Virus record (IMG/VR): IMGVR_UViG_3300023109_002988
Span: 1-64,000 of that record
DNA length: 64,000 nt
Direction: 5' to 3' (one strand)
Origin: a virus
Shown piece after piece: positions 9,820-20,600 of this stretch; position 1 is the stretch's first letter, and each line of letters opens with the position of its first letter. A program made the translations under genes and the position numbers. The notes beneath the pieces were generated by a model. That model was not told the DNA's origin, did not search any database, and worked only from the letters and a program-made list of their open reading frames with translations.

Positions 9820-10266
9820 ATGCAAGTATTAGAAGAACTGGCTGAAGAATTAATGAAAGATGAGTTTGATGGGGATTCCTGTTTGAACTCTATCCAGTCT
9901 ATTCTTTCTTGGATGAGAGCCAACCTTGGTGTTCTTAATGGACTGCTCGATCAGTGCTATGAGCTAGATGGCGAAAATATGGACGAGGAGGCGCAAGCGA
10001 TATACAAGCAAGCTTATCTATATCATCATTACTCCAAGAAGGCTAGGAACGCTCTACGTGGCATTATGGACACATCTGTGGACTCTCAAGGGGAGGTGGC
10101 ATCAATAAGCGATGGTGAAAGCAGAGTTACATTCACAAATAAGAATGAATCCGCTAAAGTAATCAGGGCTTTTGCTAACGATGCTAAAAACATGATGGAT
10201 GAATTGATTCATAAATACAACATGTATCAATCCGAGCCTAGACAGGTATCTGGAGGAGACGCTTAA
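9820..10266 (+). CDS. Hypothetical, possible head-tail adaptor
   Basis: 148-aa helical ORF after the MCP. Function inferred from position only. Confidence 0.45.
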   Translation: MQVLEELAEELMKDEFDGDSCLNSIQSILSWMRANLGVLNGLLDQCYELDGENMDEEAQAIYKQAYLYHHYSKKARNALRGIMDTSVDSQGEVASISDGESRVTFTNKNESAKVIRAFANDAKNMMDELIHKYNMYQSEPRQVSGGDA

Positions 10267-11213
10267 AGCTTATAGTCTGCTGACCAGCGTGAAGTGCCAT
10301 TGATTTCATCTAAATTATTAAAATAACTTTCATCTATAACTGGGTAGTATTTATGCAGGTGTTTTTTAAACTCTTTTATGCTTTGTGTCTTTTTGATACC
10401 AGCGTGGGTGTAATTTAATACAAATAAATAATCTTCAATTTCTTCCCAAGAAGTGTTCATTTGCTTTAGGTAAATATTAGCTAAAATTTTTCTTTGTTTC
10501 TTTTTTGTTATTAAAATTTGATCCCAAAGTGGCTCTATTAAACCTTTTTCGAACTTCCTACTGAACTTTATAAAATTATTAACTTCATTTAAAGGGTTGG
10601 AAAAGCAAGCTTTGTAAATAAATTTAGCTATATCATAAAGCTCTGGTCCTCTGCAGGTTGATCCGAAGTCAATAGCGTAGGGTTCGTTTTTTTTAACAAT
10701 TATATTACTTATTGAAAAGTCCCCATGGAGCAAAGTGTCGCCAGTTGGAAGTCTGTCTAACACCTTGATTGCTTCTGCGACTTCATCTTTAGGAAATTCA
10801 TTATTACAAATAATTCTCCTTCTTAGGTCTTTCTTATAGCAATCGGCGTTTCGTACTTTATTTTTAAGTATATCCTTATGTAAGGATGATGCATATAAGC
10901 AATATTTTTCAAATATATTGTGTTCTATTTCTTCGCCGTTTACTTCTTTAAAAATTAAGTTGTCAATTGAAAGCTCTATATCTGCATCTCTTTCGTCACC
11001 TTCTATATATTCATAACAAATTGCTTCATTTGTTTTGAATTTTTGCTTGCTTAAGAGTCTGGACTTATTGAAAGGAAGGTCTCTTATTAGTAGTGCATTA
11101 TTATATTCTTTATCTATCCTTCTGGATGTGGGATAAAGTTTATATATTACATTTCCATTCTTCAGGATTGCACAAGCATGGGATAAGTATAGTATTTTTT
11201 CGTATCTAAGCAT
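10263..11213 (-). CDS. APH/choline-kinase-like phosphotransferase
   Basis: Brenner motif LLHGDFSISNII followed by AIDFG; CYEYIEG hinge. Confidence 0.8.
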   Translation of the reverse strand: MLRYEKILYLSHACAILKNGNVIYKLYPTSRRIDKEYNNALLIRDLPFNKSRLLSKQKFKTNEAICYEYIEGDERDADIELSIDNLIFKEVNGEEIEHNIFEKYCLYASSLHKDILKNKVRNADCYKKDLRRRIICNNEFPKDEVAEAIKVLDRLPTGDTLLHGDFSISNIIVKKNEPYAIDFGSTCRGPELYDIAKFIYKACFSNPLNEVNNFIKFSRKFEKGLIEPLWDQILITKKKQRKILANIYLKQMNTSWEEIEDYLFVLNYTHAGIKKTQSIKEFKKHLHKYYPVIDESYFNNLDEINGTSRWSADYKL

Positions 11214-11224
11214 ACTTTAAACTA

Positions 11225-11251
11225 AAAAAGCCCCGCAATAGCGGGGCTTTT
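11225..11251 (-). terminator. Intrinsic (likely bidirectional) terminator after the tail-tube genes
   Basis: AAAAAAGCCCCGC-AATA-GCGGGGCTTTT perfect stem with A/T tracts on both sides. Confidence 0.9.
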
Positions 11252-11267
11252 GTTTGTTATCTTAATG

Positions 11268-12389
11268 TTATTGGAAGATAGGTCTATTCAAACCAGATCC
11301 ACTACAAATAATTCCGTTTTCGATATCATCAACGCCGCCAAGTTGAACGCCGAATGTTAAGTCTACAGTCTTATTCGATCCAATACTTGATGAGTATGAT
11401 TCGGAATCCAGAGTTGCCCCTTTAAGGTTCCATATCATAGCGTCTCCACCGTCACATGACTGCATGGTTATTTGAACTTCTCCGTTTGAGCTGGAACATC
11501 CAGAAATCAACGCTGACAAGTCTCTAGTTTCTTGCTCACTGACAATAGCGTTGACAGACATGGTTGCGTTAACAGGGAAGTCAACAACTCTAGCAAATGG
11601 GAATTTAGACCCAAGTCTTTCAATAGCTGATCTAGATAGAGGAACAGAAAGGTTCGCGCTCTGAAGGTTGAATTTTCCGTCTCCACTGATTCTAACCAAT
11701 GATGAGTTGTCATCTGTAAATCCTGGGAAGGTTATATAAATATCTCCAGGACGAAGTGCTGTTGGGCCTCCTTGACCAGTATTAGTGGGCTTAAGGATAT
11801 CTACAGATTTTCCAATAGGAGTTCCTAACTCAATATCGATTGCTGGACTATCGCCAGTCATTCTGAAGTCGCTAGGAACATTGCCTTGAATTGTTCCGTT
11901 AGTTGAGTTAATATTCGCAGCTTCGAAAGAAACCGTGGCTGTTGGAAGAGATCCTACAGAAAGATCTACGCTGTAATCACTAAGGAAAGCGTTTCCGATA
12001 CCGATCAAGCTGTAAGGGTCATCTTTAATGAAGTTGACCGAGTCTTGACCCTCATTAGAGGTTACGATATAAAAGTTTCTTCCACTTGTTGTTTCTAGGA
12101 ATCCACTTGGGAATTGGGCATTTGACGTAATATCAAAACCCAACGCTTTTTCATTGAATCCGTCTCCTACATAATAGGAGAAGTCAAAGTTGACTGTTGG
12201 AGCCTCGAGCACCAAAGAGTCGATGCGAGCGAGGTTTCCGTATTGGTTTACGTCCTGTCTATTGATGTTGAATCCATAGTTTGCGCTCTGAACCCTAATT
12301 AGCTCCTCATGATCTCCAGAGGATGTGGATGATGCATCTTTACTTACGTAAAGAGATTCCGATTGATAAATTACTCTATTTCTTGACAT
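11268..12389 (-). CDS. Tail-tube-like structural protein, paralog 2
   Basis: Beta-rich 373 aa, clearly paralogous to 12415-13563 (MSRNRVIYQSE, RVQSANYGF, ERLGSKFPFARVVDFPVNAT). Lies after neck genes and before a strong terminator. Confidence 0.65.
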   Translation of the reverse strand: MSRNRVIYQSESLYVSKDASSTSSGDHEELIRVQSANYGFNINRQDVNQYGNLARIDSLVLEAPTVNFDFSYYVGDGFNEKALGFDITSNAQFPSGFLETTSGRNFYIVTSNEGQDSVNFIKDDPYSLIGIGNAFLSDYSVDLSVGSLPTATVSFEAANINSTNGTIQGNVPSDFRMTGDSPAIDIELGTPIGKSVDILKPTNTGQGGPTALRPGDIYITFPGFTDDNSSLVRISGDGKFNLQSANLSVPLSRSAIERLGSKFPFARVVDFPVNATMSVNAIVSEQETRDLSALISGCSSSNGEVQITMQSCDGGDAMIWNLKGATLDSESYSSSIGSNKTVDLTFGVQLGGVDDIENGIICSGSGLNRPIFQ

Positions 12390-12414
12390 GGTTTAGATTT
12401 TGTTTTTTTGATTT

Positions 12415-13563
12415 TTATACATACGGAACAGTTGTATTGCTTCCGCTAACAAAGATACCATTATTGGCGTCTCTTGTTCCTCCGATTTGAGTTGAGAATG
12501 TAATATCTACACTCTTGTTTGAACCAATACTAGAAGAGAAACTTTCTGCGTCTACAGTACATCCTTTAAGAAGGAATTCCATTCCTGTTTTTGAAACGCC
12601 ACACTCTTCAAGAGTTAATGTTACGTCTCTTCTGTTGGTTTCTCCACAGCCGCTGATTACATTAGCGAGGTTTTGAGCTTCCATTGTGTTAACAATAGCA
12701 TTAACACTTAATGTAGCATTAACTGGGAAGTCAACAACCCTTGCGAATGGGAATTTAGATCCAAGTCTTTCGATTGGAGATCTTGAAAGAGGTATAGAAA
12801 GAGATGCACTTTGAACGTGCAAACCGTCAGTTCCAATCAAGCTACTCAAAGTTTCACCTTGGAAACTTGAGATATCGATTTTAATATCTCCAGGACGAAG
12901 AGCTGAAACGAGATCTGCATCAGTACCTCCAGCATTGCCAGAAGCCACTGGTACTTCCACCTCAAGACCTAACGACTCTCCTAATTCAGGGTCGACACCA
13001 GGAGAACTAATGCCTGAAAACAGACTTGAGTTTCCTGATATAGCGGTATCGGCGATAATGTTGGAAGCTTCAAAAGACACGGTCGCTGTCGGCAGAGATC
13101 CTACGGAAAGGTCTAATGTATAATCGGTAAGGAATGCGTTTCCAATTCCGATAACACTGTTTTCAGTTTCTCCAACCTGTCTATTTAGGTTAGCGTCTCT
13201 TCCTTCTGGTACAGTAAGAATATAGAAATTCTTTCCAGATCCAGCAGCTAGGTGACCAGAAGCAAATTGCCCAGAGGTGTTTTCTGGTGTATTGCCATCT
13301 CTAACAAAAAAGTCTAAAGCTTTTTCGTTAAAGCCGTTTGTAGGATAGTAAGTTACATCAAAGTTAACAGTTGGAGCTTCCAGAATGATCGAATCAATTC
13401 TGGCTAGGTTTCCAAACTGGTTAACATCTTGACGACTGACTGAAAATCCGTAATTGGCGCTTTGAACTCTATGAAGTTGCTCATGGTCCGCAGCATTTTG
13501 AGAAGTGTGCTCTTTGCTAACGAAGAGAGCTTCCGATTGATAAATTACTCTGTTTCTTGACAT
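12415..13563 (-). CDS. Tail-tube-like structural protein, paralog 1 (probable major tail protein)
   Basis: Same motifs as paralog 2, with its own putative late promoter. Confidence 0.65.
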   Translation of the reverse strand: MSRNRVIYQSEALFVSKEHTSQNAADHEQLHRVQSANYGFSVSRQDVNQFGNLARIDSIILEAPTVNFDVTYYPTNGFNEKALDFFVRDGNTPENTSGQFASGHLAAGSGKNFYILTVPEGRDANLNRQVGETENSVIGIGNAFLTDYTLDLSVGSLPTATVSFEASNIIADTAISGNSSLFSGISSPGVDPELGESLGLEVEVPVASGNAGGTDADLVSALRPGDIKIDISSFQGETLSSLIGTDGLHVQSASLSIPLSRSPIERLGSKFPFARVVDFPVNATLSVNAIVNTMEAQNLANVISGCGETNRRDVTLTLEECGVSKTGMEFLLKGCTVDAESFSSSIGSNKSVDITFSTQIGGTRDANNGIFVSGSNTTVPYV

Positions 13564-13583
13564 GACGTTATTATTTTAAATGT

Positions 13584-13610
13584 TTACAGTTGTTTTTTGT
13601 GTTTGTGAAA
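13584..13610 (-). promoter_or_regulatory. Putative late promoter TTTCAC-N15-CTGTAA for tail-tube genes
   Basis: Intergenic; matches elements at 6683 and 55059. Confidence 0.55.
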
Positions 13611-14483
13611 TTATTGATGCCTGAATCTGTGTTGTTGTATTTCGAAATCTATGAAGCCAACAAATATATTGTTAGATAAAGACTTTCTAGCCCTATCTGT
13701 TAATTTAGACGTATTGACATTGTTTACATATAAAGAATTACACTTATTATTGGCGTTTGATAGATTTTCGTAATTAAAAAAACCTTCTTTTAAGTCATTG
13801 AATTCATTAAATGGGTGTTCTGACATTGATATCAATGCTATTGATTCATTTTTTGAGTCATTGAATATTGAAAGCACTCCATCAAGCATGTAGCTGTCCT
13901 CGGACATTACAGTAGCTGTTATTGTAGTAGTCGTCTCTTCCATACCCCCAAAGGCAAATCCTTTGTTGTTCGATGTAGAGGTATTAAAAAACACAGCGGG
14001 GATAACTTGATCATAAGGCTCTATAGGACCAAGGCCAGCAGAGGGTATTCTAGAATTTATTGTATATTTATTCTCTACTATTAGGTCTTCCTCTGTTTCG
14101 TTTGTGAAATATAGATTGAAGTCTTTTACTGAGAAATCCGCTGTTATGTCGTAGTTTTCATTTGTTGTTTCTACCAAAACCCTTCCGTTATCAAAATCCA
14201 ACGCTATACCGTCTCTTCCGCTTATGGATGGATTATAAGATCCAGTAGGTGTATTACCAACGGTCACCCCATCTGGCACAGTCACCCCGCCAACAGAAGA
14301 ATCAAAAATCCATTGTTTATATGGGCTTCCATAGGCTTTGTAATTAGAATCTATTCTGTCATCAGGATAGTATTCAAGCTTTACCCCTGTATGGTTTGTG
14401 TAAGCCTTACCTTTTGTTAAAAGATAGTTGTCGAACCAAAGCATAAACGAGTTAGTTAATTTATGGTGATACTGCTCTATCAT
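13611..14483 (-). CDS. Probable tail completion/neck protein
   Basis: 290 aa immediately upstream of the tube genes. Call is by synteny. Confidence 0.45.
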   Translation of the reverse strand: MIEQYHHKLTNSFMLWFDNYLLTKGKAYTNHTGVKLEYYPDDRIDSNYKAYGSPYKQWIFDSSVGGVTVPDGVTVGNTPTGSYNPSISGRDGIALDFDNGRVLVETTNENYDITADFSVKDFNLYFTNETEEDLIVENKYTINSRIPSAGLGPIEPYDQVIPAVFFNTSTSNNKGFAFGGMEETTTTITATVMSEDSYMLDGVLSIFNDSKNESIALISMSEHPFNEFNDLKEGFFNYENLSNANNKCNSLYVNNVNTSKLTDRARKSLSNNIFVGFIDFEIQQHRFRHQ

Positions 14484-15058
14484 CTTATTTCTTTAAACTT
14501 TTGTTTGTATTTTTTTAGTAAAGCGGAAATGTATGGTCTATTCTTAAATTTACCACTTCTAACTTTAGATCCTGCCTGTATAGCTACACCAGATCTGCTT
14601 GAGGAACTTGATTTATTTAAAAGGTAGCCAACCCCAGAAATGCCAGTCTCAATACCTTTAGCCCAGCTTCTACCAGAAGCCCAAGGCATAGGAGTTACTG
14701 AAAAAACATCTTCGCTAGTTGGCATTATAATGCTAAACTTTCTTCCTTCAGCTGATTCCCCAGAGTCTTTGTATGTAATGTCATTTAATAATTTTAAAAT
14801 TGGTTCTATTGGATTTTCTCCAGAATTAAAACCTATAAAAGCAAACAGGTTGGAATTTATGTTTAAAGTCCCGCTGATATTAGATCCAGAAGCACCTGAT
14901 AGAAGTTCAACAGTAACAGGGTCAGACATGAACTCTTCTATCATTTCCTGTTTCGTTGTATCGAAGTTTTTTTTAAAAGTTTTGGTATAATCTCTTTTTT
15001 TTGTTTTTTGAGATTTTCTCTCCAATTCTTTTATGACGCTTTTTGGTATTTTAATCAT
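14480..15058 (-). CDS. Probable neck/tail-completion protein
   Basis: Basic 192-aa ORF ending NRPYISALL, coupled to its neighbours. Call is by synteny. Confidence 0.45.
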   Translation of the reverse strand: MIKIPKSVIKELERKSQKTKKRDYTKTFKKNFDTTKQEMIEEFMSDPVTVELLSGASGSNISGTLNINSNLFAFIGFNSGENPIEPILKLLNDITYKDSGESAEGRKFSIIMPTSEDVFSVTPMPWASGRSWAKGIETGISGVGYLLNKSSSSSRSGVAIQAGSKVRSGKFKNRPYISALLKKYKQKFKEIR

Positions 15059-15519
15059 TAATCTGTAGCCTCATCTAATGGTGTTAAATAAAATGTATAA
15101 AAAAGATTTCCAGTCAAGCCGTATGGTGATCCATCAGTATGTATGCTGAATTTTCTACCATCAAACTCCACTCTTCTTGATTCTTGTATGAATTTAAATC
15201 CGTCCTCTTTTACTATAACTTTGACAGAACCCTTAGGCATTATGACTTTTACTTGGCTGCTTTCATTGTTGAATAGCTCCTCCTCTGTTTTTACGTAGTA
15301 AATTCTAGCATCAAAAGTGTTTGAAATAGTTTCGTATTCGACACTATCTCTCCTACCTAAGTTGTTTCTTCCATAGACCGCATTGTATTTTGGGTCATGA
15401 GCTATTAGGGTTTTTCTACCGTTCTTGTAAACCGTTATAGTTTGAGCGAATGTTTCATGAAGTTTTCCATACAAACGTTCTATTTCTGTTTTTTGAGATG
15501 CTGATAAAAAGCTTGCCAT
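15058..15519 (-). CDS. Probable head-closure (stopper) protein
   Basis: 153 aa beta-rich (RVEFDGRKFSI..FYTFYLTP), first gene of the neck operon. Confidence 0.45.
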   Translation of the reverse strand: MASFLSASQKTEIERLYGKLHETFAQTITVYKNGRKTLIAHDPKYNAVYGRNNLGRRDSVEYETISNTFDARIYYVKTEEELFNNESSQVKVIMPKGSVKVIVKEDGFKFIQESRRVEFDGRKFSIHTDGSPYGLTGNLFYTFYLTPLDEATD

Positions 15520-15564
15520 ATTGAAAAATACACTTTTTTTTATATTATAATAAAGGATAAAGGT

Positions 15565-15852
15565 ATGAATGCTAAAAAAATTCTGAACGATAGTTCCGAT
15601 AAGGAGATTAAATCGTTATTTAAAACAATGCTTATGTTGGTTGAGGACATGAAGAAAGATCATGTTTTTCACTACCAAAAGCTATACGAGGAGATCCCAC
15701 AGGAATATCATTCGGTTATTAGGGCAGCAGATCACTTCACCCCAGAAAAGTTGGCATGGATAAGAAAGAGAATACTTGACCATGGTAATGAATCTGTAAG
15801 AAATATGCAAAAAGAAATTGAAAATTTCAAGGTAACATTTAAATTTAATTAA
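15565..15852 (+). CDS. Hypothetical protein
   Basis: 95-aa ORF with purine-rich upstream sequence. Confidence 0.6.
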   Translation: MNAKKILNDSSDKEIKSLFKTMLMLVEDMKKDHVFHYQKLYEEIPQEYHSVIRAADHFTPEKLAWIRKRILDHGNESVRNMQKEIENFKVTFKFN

Positions 15853-15858
15853 AGGATT

Positions 15859-16653
15859 ATGGAAAATAAAATATTATATAAATTCACTATTGATAAGGAC
15901 GTTGAGAAAACAGTTGAGTCGATCAGAAAAAACAAAAAAACTGGCGAAGAGACAATCACAAAACGTAAGGTCAAAAAGAAAGAGCCTGTAGAGGTTCAGA
16001 TTAAAAGACCAAACAGAAGAGAACTCGAAGAAGCGGAGCTTGAATATTCCGTTGAGATGAGTAATTGTATTAAAAAGGGTATTTTAACCAAAGCTATGCT
16101 TGGTAAAAAGTATAGCGATACTGGAGGACTATTTAGCGAAGAGGATTCTAACGATTATGCAGATATGTATAAAGAGGCTCTTGATATGCAAAACGAGTAT
16201 ATGCGTCTAGATACAGTAAAGAAAAGAACCGAAGCTCAAGAAAAACGTTTTGATAAACTGAAGTCAGAAATTTCTTTTAACAGGAAAAAAATTGTAGAGT
16301 TTGAATCTAATTTCCAATCTCTATTTGATCATACTGCAGATGTAAAAGCTCAAAACAAAGTCTTGCTTTGGTACTGCCTCCATTTAACCTATGTGTACAA
16401 TGAGGAAAAGGATAAGTTTGAGCCTTATTTTATTGGTGATACTTTTGAGGAAAAAACAGAGTATTACTACGAGCTTGAAGAGCAAGATGATCCGTTTTAC
16501 ACAGAACTTATTCAGAAAGCCTCAACAACGTTGGCGTTTTGGTTCTTTAACCAAGCTTCAAACCAGGAAGAGTTTGAGGAGCTAATGGATAAAGTCGAGA
16601 AAGGTGAGTTAGATAGCCAAGAAGAAGAACAAGAGGAGGCTTCTGAAAAATAA
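15859..16653 (+). CDS. Hypothetical, possible tail assembly chaperone
   Basis: Charged helical 264 aa, two genes before the tape measure. Confidence 0.45.
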   Translation: MENKILYKFTIDKDVEKTVESIRKNKKTGEETITKRKVKKKEPVEVQIKRPNRRELEEAELEYSVEMSNCIKKGILTKAMLGKKYSDTGGLFSEEDSNDYADMYKEALDMQNEYMRLDTVKKRTEAQEKRFDKLKSEISFNRKKIVEFESNFQSLFDHTADVKAQNKVLLWYCLHLTYVYNEEKDKFEPYFIGDTFEEKTEYYYELEEQDDPFYTELIQKASTTLAFWFFNQASNQEEFEELMDKVEKGELDSQEEEQEEASEK

Positions 16654-16674
16654 GTTCTTCAATAATTCATTAGT

Positions 16675-17652
16675 GTGAATGAAGAGTTTTACATCTCTAT
16701 AGCTGGAGAAATATTTGATGGTTATACATCATTTGATTTCCAGGGTGAAGAACTGTATCTAAAACACACAAGTATAAAAGATCAAAGAAATTTACATTTA
16801 TACTACGAGCATTATAAGAATAGAGCTATTAAAAAAGGAGTTCAATCAGAAGAAAAAATACTTATTAAAGTAAAAGAAGACAATCTTTGGACTGAGGACG
16901 ATGATTTAAAAATATCTTCTTTGGAAATAGAAATTCAAAATCTAAAAAAGACTAAAGATAGCTTATTGTTACCCTCTCAAAAAAGAACGTTACAAGAGAC
17001 TATAGATCAAAAGCAGAACGAATGGTTATCTCTACTTACCAAAAGAAAAGAAATTATAGGTAAAACTGCGGAAGATTATGCCTCTGCAATGGCCGCTAAT
17101 GAGATAGTTAGGTATTTTGTTTTTAGAGATCGAGAATTAACTAAAAACGCATTTAACAAAGAAGAGTTTGACAACATGGATGACGAAGACATGTTGAATT
17201 TAAGAGATATTCAATTAAAAACCTCTAACAGATTAAATGAATTAGATATTCAAAAAACAGTATTAAGGCCGTTTTTTAATTTGTATCTATCTTTTTGCGA
17301 TAGCCCTAAAGATTTTTATGGCAAACCATTGGTCGATCTTTCTGTTTATCAATTAAAGACATGCGTATTCGGCAAGGTTTTTCATAGTATATTCCAGCAT
17401 GTCGAAGGGATACCAGAGGACATAAAGGATGATCCAGAAAGATTATTGGCGTTTTCTGAGTCTAAGAGTAATTCAAGTAAGTCGAAGAAGTTTATAGATG
17501 AAGACTCTGCAGCTTCTACTGTTTTTGGGGCTAGCACGGAAGACATAAAAGATCTTGCTGGTGATAGCTCTGAGATATCTCTAACCGAAGAAATAAACAA
17601 AGCTGGAGGCAAGCTTGACATGGAACAAATGATGAAATTGGCAGGTCATTAA
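16675..17652 (+). CDS. Hypothetical, possible tail assembly chaperone
   Basis: 325 aa, GTG start, directly upstream of the tape measure. Confidence 0.45.
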   Translation: MNEEFYISIAGEIFDGYTSFDFQGEELYLKHTSIKDQRNLHLYYEHYKNRAIKKGVQSEEKILIKVKEDNLWTEDDDLKISSLEIEIQNLKKTKDSLLLPSQKRTLQETIDQKQNEWLSLLTKRKEIIGKTAEDYASAMAANEIVRYFVFRDRELTKNAFNKEEFDNMDDEDMLNLRDIQLKTSNRLNELDIQKTVLRPFFNLYLSFCDSPKDFYGKPLVDLSVYQLKTCVFGKVFHSIFQHVEGIPEDIKDDPERLLAFSESKSNSSKSKKFIDEDSAASTVFGASTEDIKDLAGDSSEISLTEEINKAGGKLDMEQMMKLAGH

Positions 17653-17699
17653 TATAACTTTCGGTGTAATACCTTAAAAGGAAAAAAGGTCTCACCAAT

Positions 17700-20600
17700 A
17701 TGCCAGAATCAGTATCATTACCATTACAAGGACGCATAACAAACCAGTCTCAACTAGAGAGGCAGGTCGCCTCAATAGCAAAAAAAGCTGGTAGAAATTT
17801 AAATATAAATTTAGGCACCAACGCCAAAGATATTAAATCTTTGGAGCAACCTCTTGGCAGAATAACTGGACAGGCTGATGATTTTGGTAAATCAATGGAG
17901 GCTGCGAATGCAAGGGTTATTGCTTTTGGAGCATCAGTGGGAATTATAAATGCCGTTGTACAATCTTTCAAATCCCTTGTATCTACAACCATCGAGGTCG
18001 AGAAAAGTCTCGCAAAAATAAACTCAATCCTAAAAACATCCACTTCTGGCTTGGATGCTTTAAAGAGTCAAATATTCGACATAGCAAGAAGCACAGAGCA
18101 AACTTTTGATACTGTAGCTGATGCAGCGCTAGAATTATCTAGGCAAGGTTTGAGTGCCACCGAAGTTACTAAAAGATTAAATGACGCTCTTATACTTTCT
18201 AGACTTTCAGGAATTAATGCCGCTGAGGCTGTTGCTGGATTAACTGCTGCGGTAAACAGTTTTTCTAAAGCAGGTTTAACTACTGGCGAAGTTTTAAACA
18301 AGATAAGTAACGCAGCGAACCAATTTGCGGTTTCAGAGAGAGACCTTATTGAAGGTTTTAAGAGATCTGCGTCTGTTGCTGAACAAGCTGGTGTAAGTAT
18401 TGATGAGTTAGGAGGTATTATTACTGCCGTCCAACAAAAAACCGCTCGAGGGGGAGCTGTCATAGGAAACTCATTTAAAACAATTTTCACACGGATAGGC
18501 AGAGCCGACAACCTAGAACTTTTAAGGAGTGTCGGGGTAGAAGTCACAGATTTACAAGGTAAAATATTACCAGCTACTAAGTTAATAGAAAACTTATCCA
18601 AAAGACTTGAAGGTTTAAACGATGTACAAGTTAGGTCTATAACAGAAAAGATTGGTGGCGGATTCCAGATAGCTCCACTACTTGCGGCTTTGTCTGATTA
18701 TAGTAGTGAGACATCTGTAGCAATACAAGCGACAGAGGCTTTTAGAAGTGCTACAGATCAAGCTTACCAAAAAAATATAATTTTAAATCAGACTTTATCT
18801 GCAGCGATTAACACCACATCCCTGTCAATTCAAGAGTTGGCGAACTCTTTAGGAGAATTGGGTATTTTAGATCCTTTTAAGGAGATTTTAAATTCAGTTA
18901 ATGCTTTTGCACAGAATGTAAACGAATATCTGGGTGATGGCGAAGCTTTTGGTTCTAAATTTGCGAATGGTATCCTAAAAGGAATCAGTGGGATATTAAT
19001 TAAAGGTGGTATAGCTGTATTTGGTTTATTGCTATTTAATCTTTCTAAAAACTTACTAAAATTTGGAGCGGATTCATTTAAAGCTTTTCTTGGTTTAAAT
19101 AAAGAAGCAGAAAAACTAAAGAGTATACAGTCTCAAATAGTTCAAACACTATTGGGAGACAAGGGTGTTAGGGAAGCAATCCTTAGGATTGAGAATTCTT
19201 CGGTGTCCGCCGAACAAAAGAGACTACAGCAAGCTGAGTTTTTTAATACAGCGCTAAGGGAAAGAGTAAAAATAACCTCGCAGTTAAATACTATTTCTGC
19301 TGGTATAGCTCCAGGAATTATTGGCAGAAGCAGATCGGGCTCCACTAAAAGAGCTGCGGATGGATATTTGCCAATTGGCGCAGAACAAAAAGACATAAGC
19401 AGTGGTGTTGGTGGCGCTCCTTCTTCAGCAAAGCCAGTTGTTATTCCTAACTTTGCATTTGGTGGCGGTAAGAAAGGCACAATGGTTGCTAACTCTAGTG
19501 AGTATCTTGTTCCTAATTTTGCGGGTGGTGGTGATGCGATATTTAATCAGGACATGGTTAAGTCGATGGGCTTACCAGATGGAGCAAAAAAGATAAACGC
19601 GGCTGGTGGTTATGTTCCAAATTACTCAAGCAAGTTCGCACAGAGTCTTAATGTAGCAAGACAAGCAAGAACAGATAAGTTTCCATTTAGACAAAAATCC
19701 TTTGGTGATCTTTCTGCAGATGAAGCTAATCAGGCAGCTGGAAGAGGCAGAGCAGTAAGAGACCGATTTGATAAAAAACGTAAAGCAGGTAAAGTACCAC
19801 AAGGAATCAATCTTGTTAATACTGGGGGTCAGTATATACTCCTGGTTGGAGCGGACGCTCCAGACGAGCCAAATAAAACACTTTATTCAGGCTTGTTGAA
19901 AGAGAGTGGCAAGATTAATAGCTACGAAAACATAAAAGATGCAACAACTTATCTTCGGGCGGGTTTTTCTCAAGTAAATGTTCCTACTTATGGTTTATCG
20001 AAAAATGAAAGAAGTGACAAGAATCCAGGAGCTAAAAATGATGTTGATTCTATAGAGGCTGATTTAACAAAACAAGCTTCTTTAATAGGTTATAACTACG
20101 CCAAAAGCATAAGCAATACCAACACTCTGTCGCCAAGAACAAAAAAAGAAATAGGATCTCTTTTTAACAAAGGCTCTTTAAGTGGTTTTGCTGGGAGTAT
20201 ATTTGAAGCTAGTATAGCTTCTATAATGACAAGCTCTCAGTTTAGAGATTATAAAGACAGAACAGACACCTCTTTAATTGACCTCCCTGCATCTCCTGAA
20301 CTCTTCGAGTTGTTTGGAGTCGGCAAAGGCAAGGGTACTTCAGGGGCAGAGGTAAAAAACAGAGCTGGTAATGATCAATTAAAATCTACAGCTGACAAGC
20401 TTTTTAAAATATTAGTCGGTGGTAAAGAGGGACCTCAAGCGCCTTTTGAATATAAAGAAGGCACTGCTTCTGCTAAGAGAGCGGCTAAAAAAGCTGCATC
20501 TGGATACATACCTAACTACGCTCAAGGCATGAGTCCAGTTGAAGAGGCTATCCAGCGAGAAAAAGATGCTGGTGTTCCAATCAACCAAATCAGGATTAAT

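Noticed and set aside
15859-17652. Programmed frameshift or read-through joining the two pre-TMP genes (lambda G/GT type)
   Set aside because: The ORFs are in the same frame, separated by two TAA stops, and no convincing slippery site links them.
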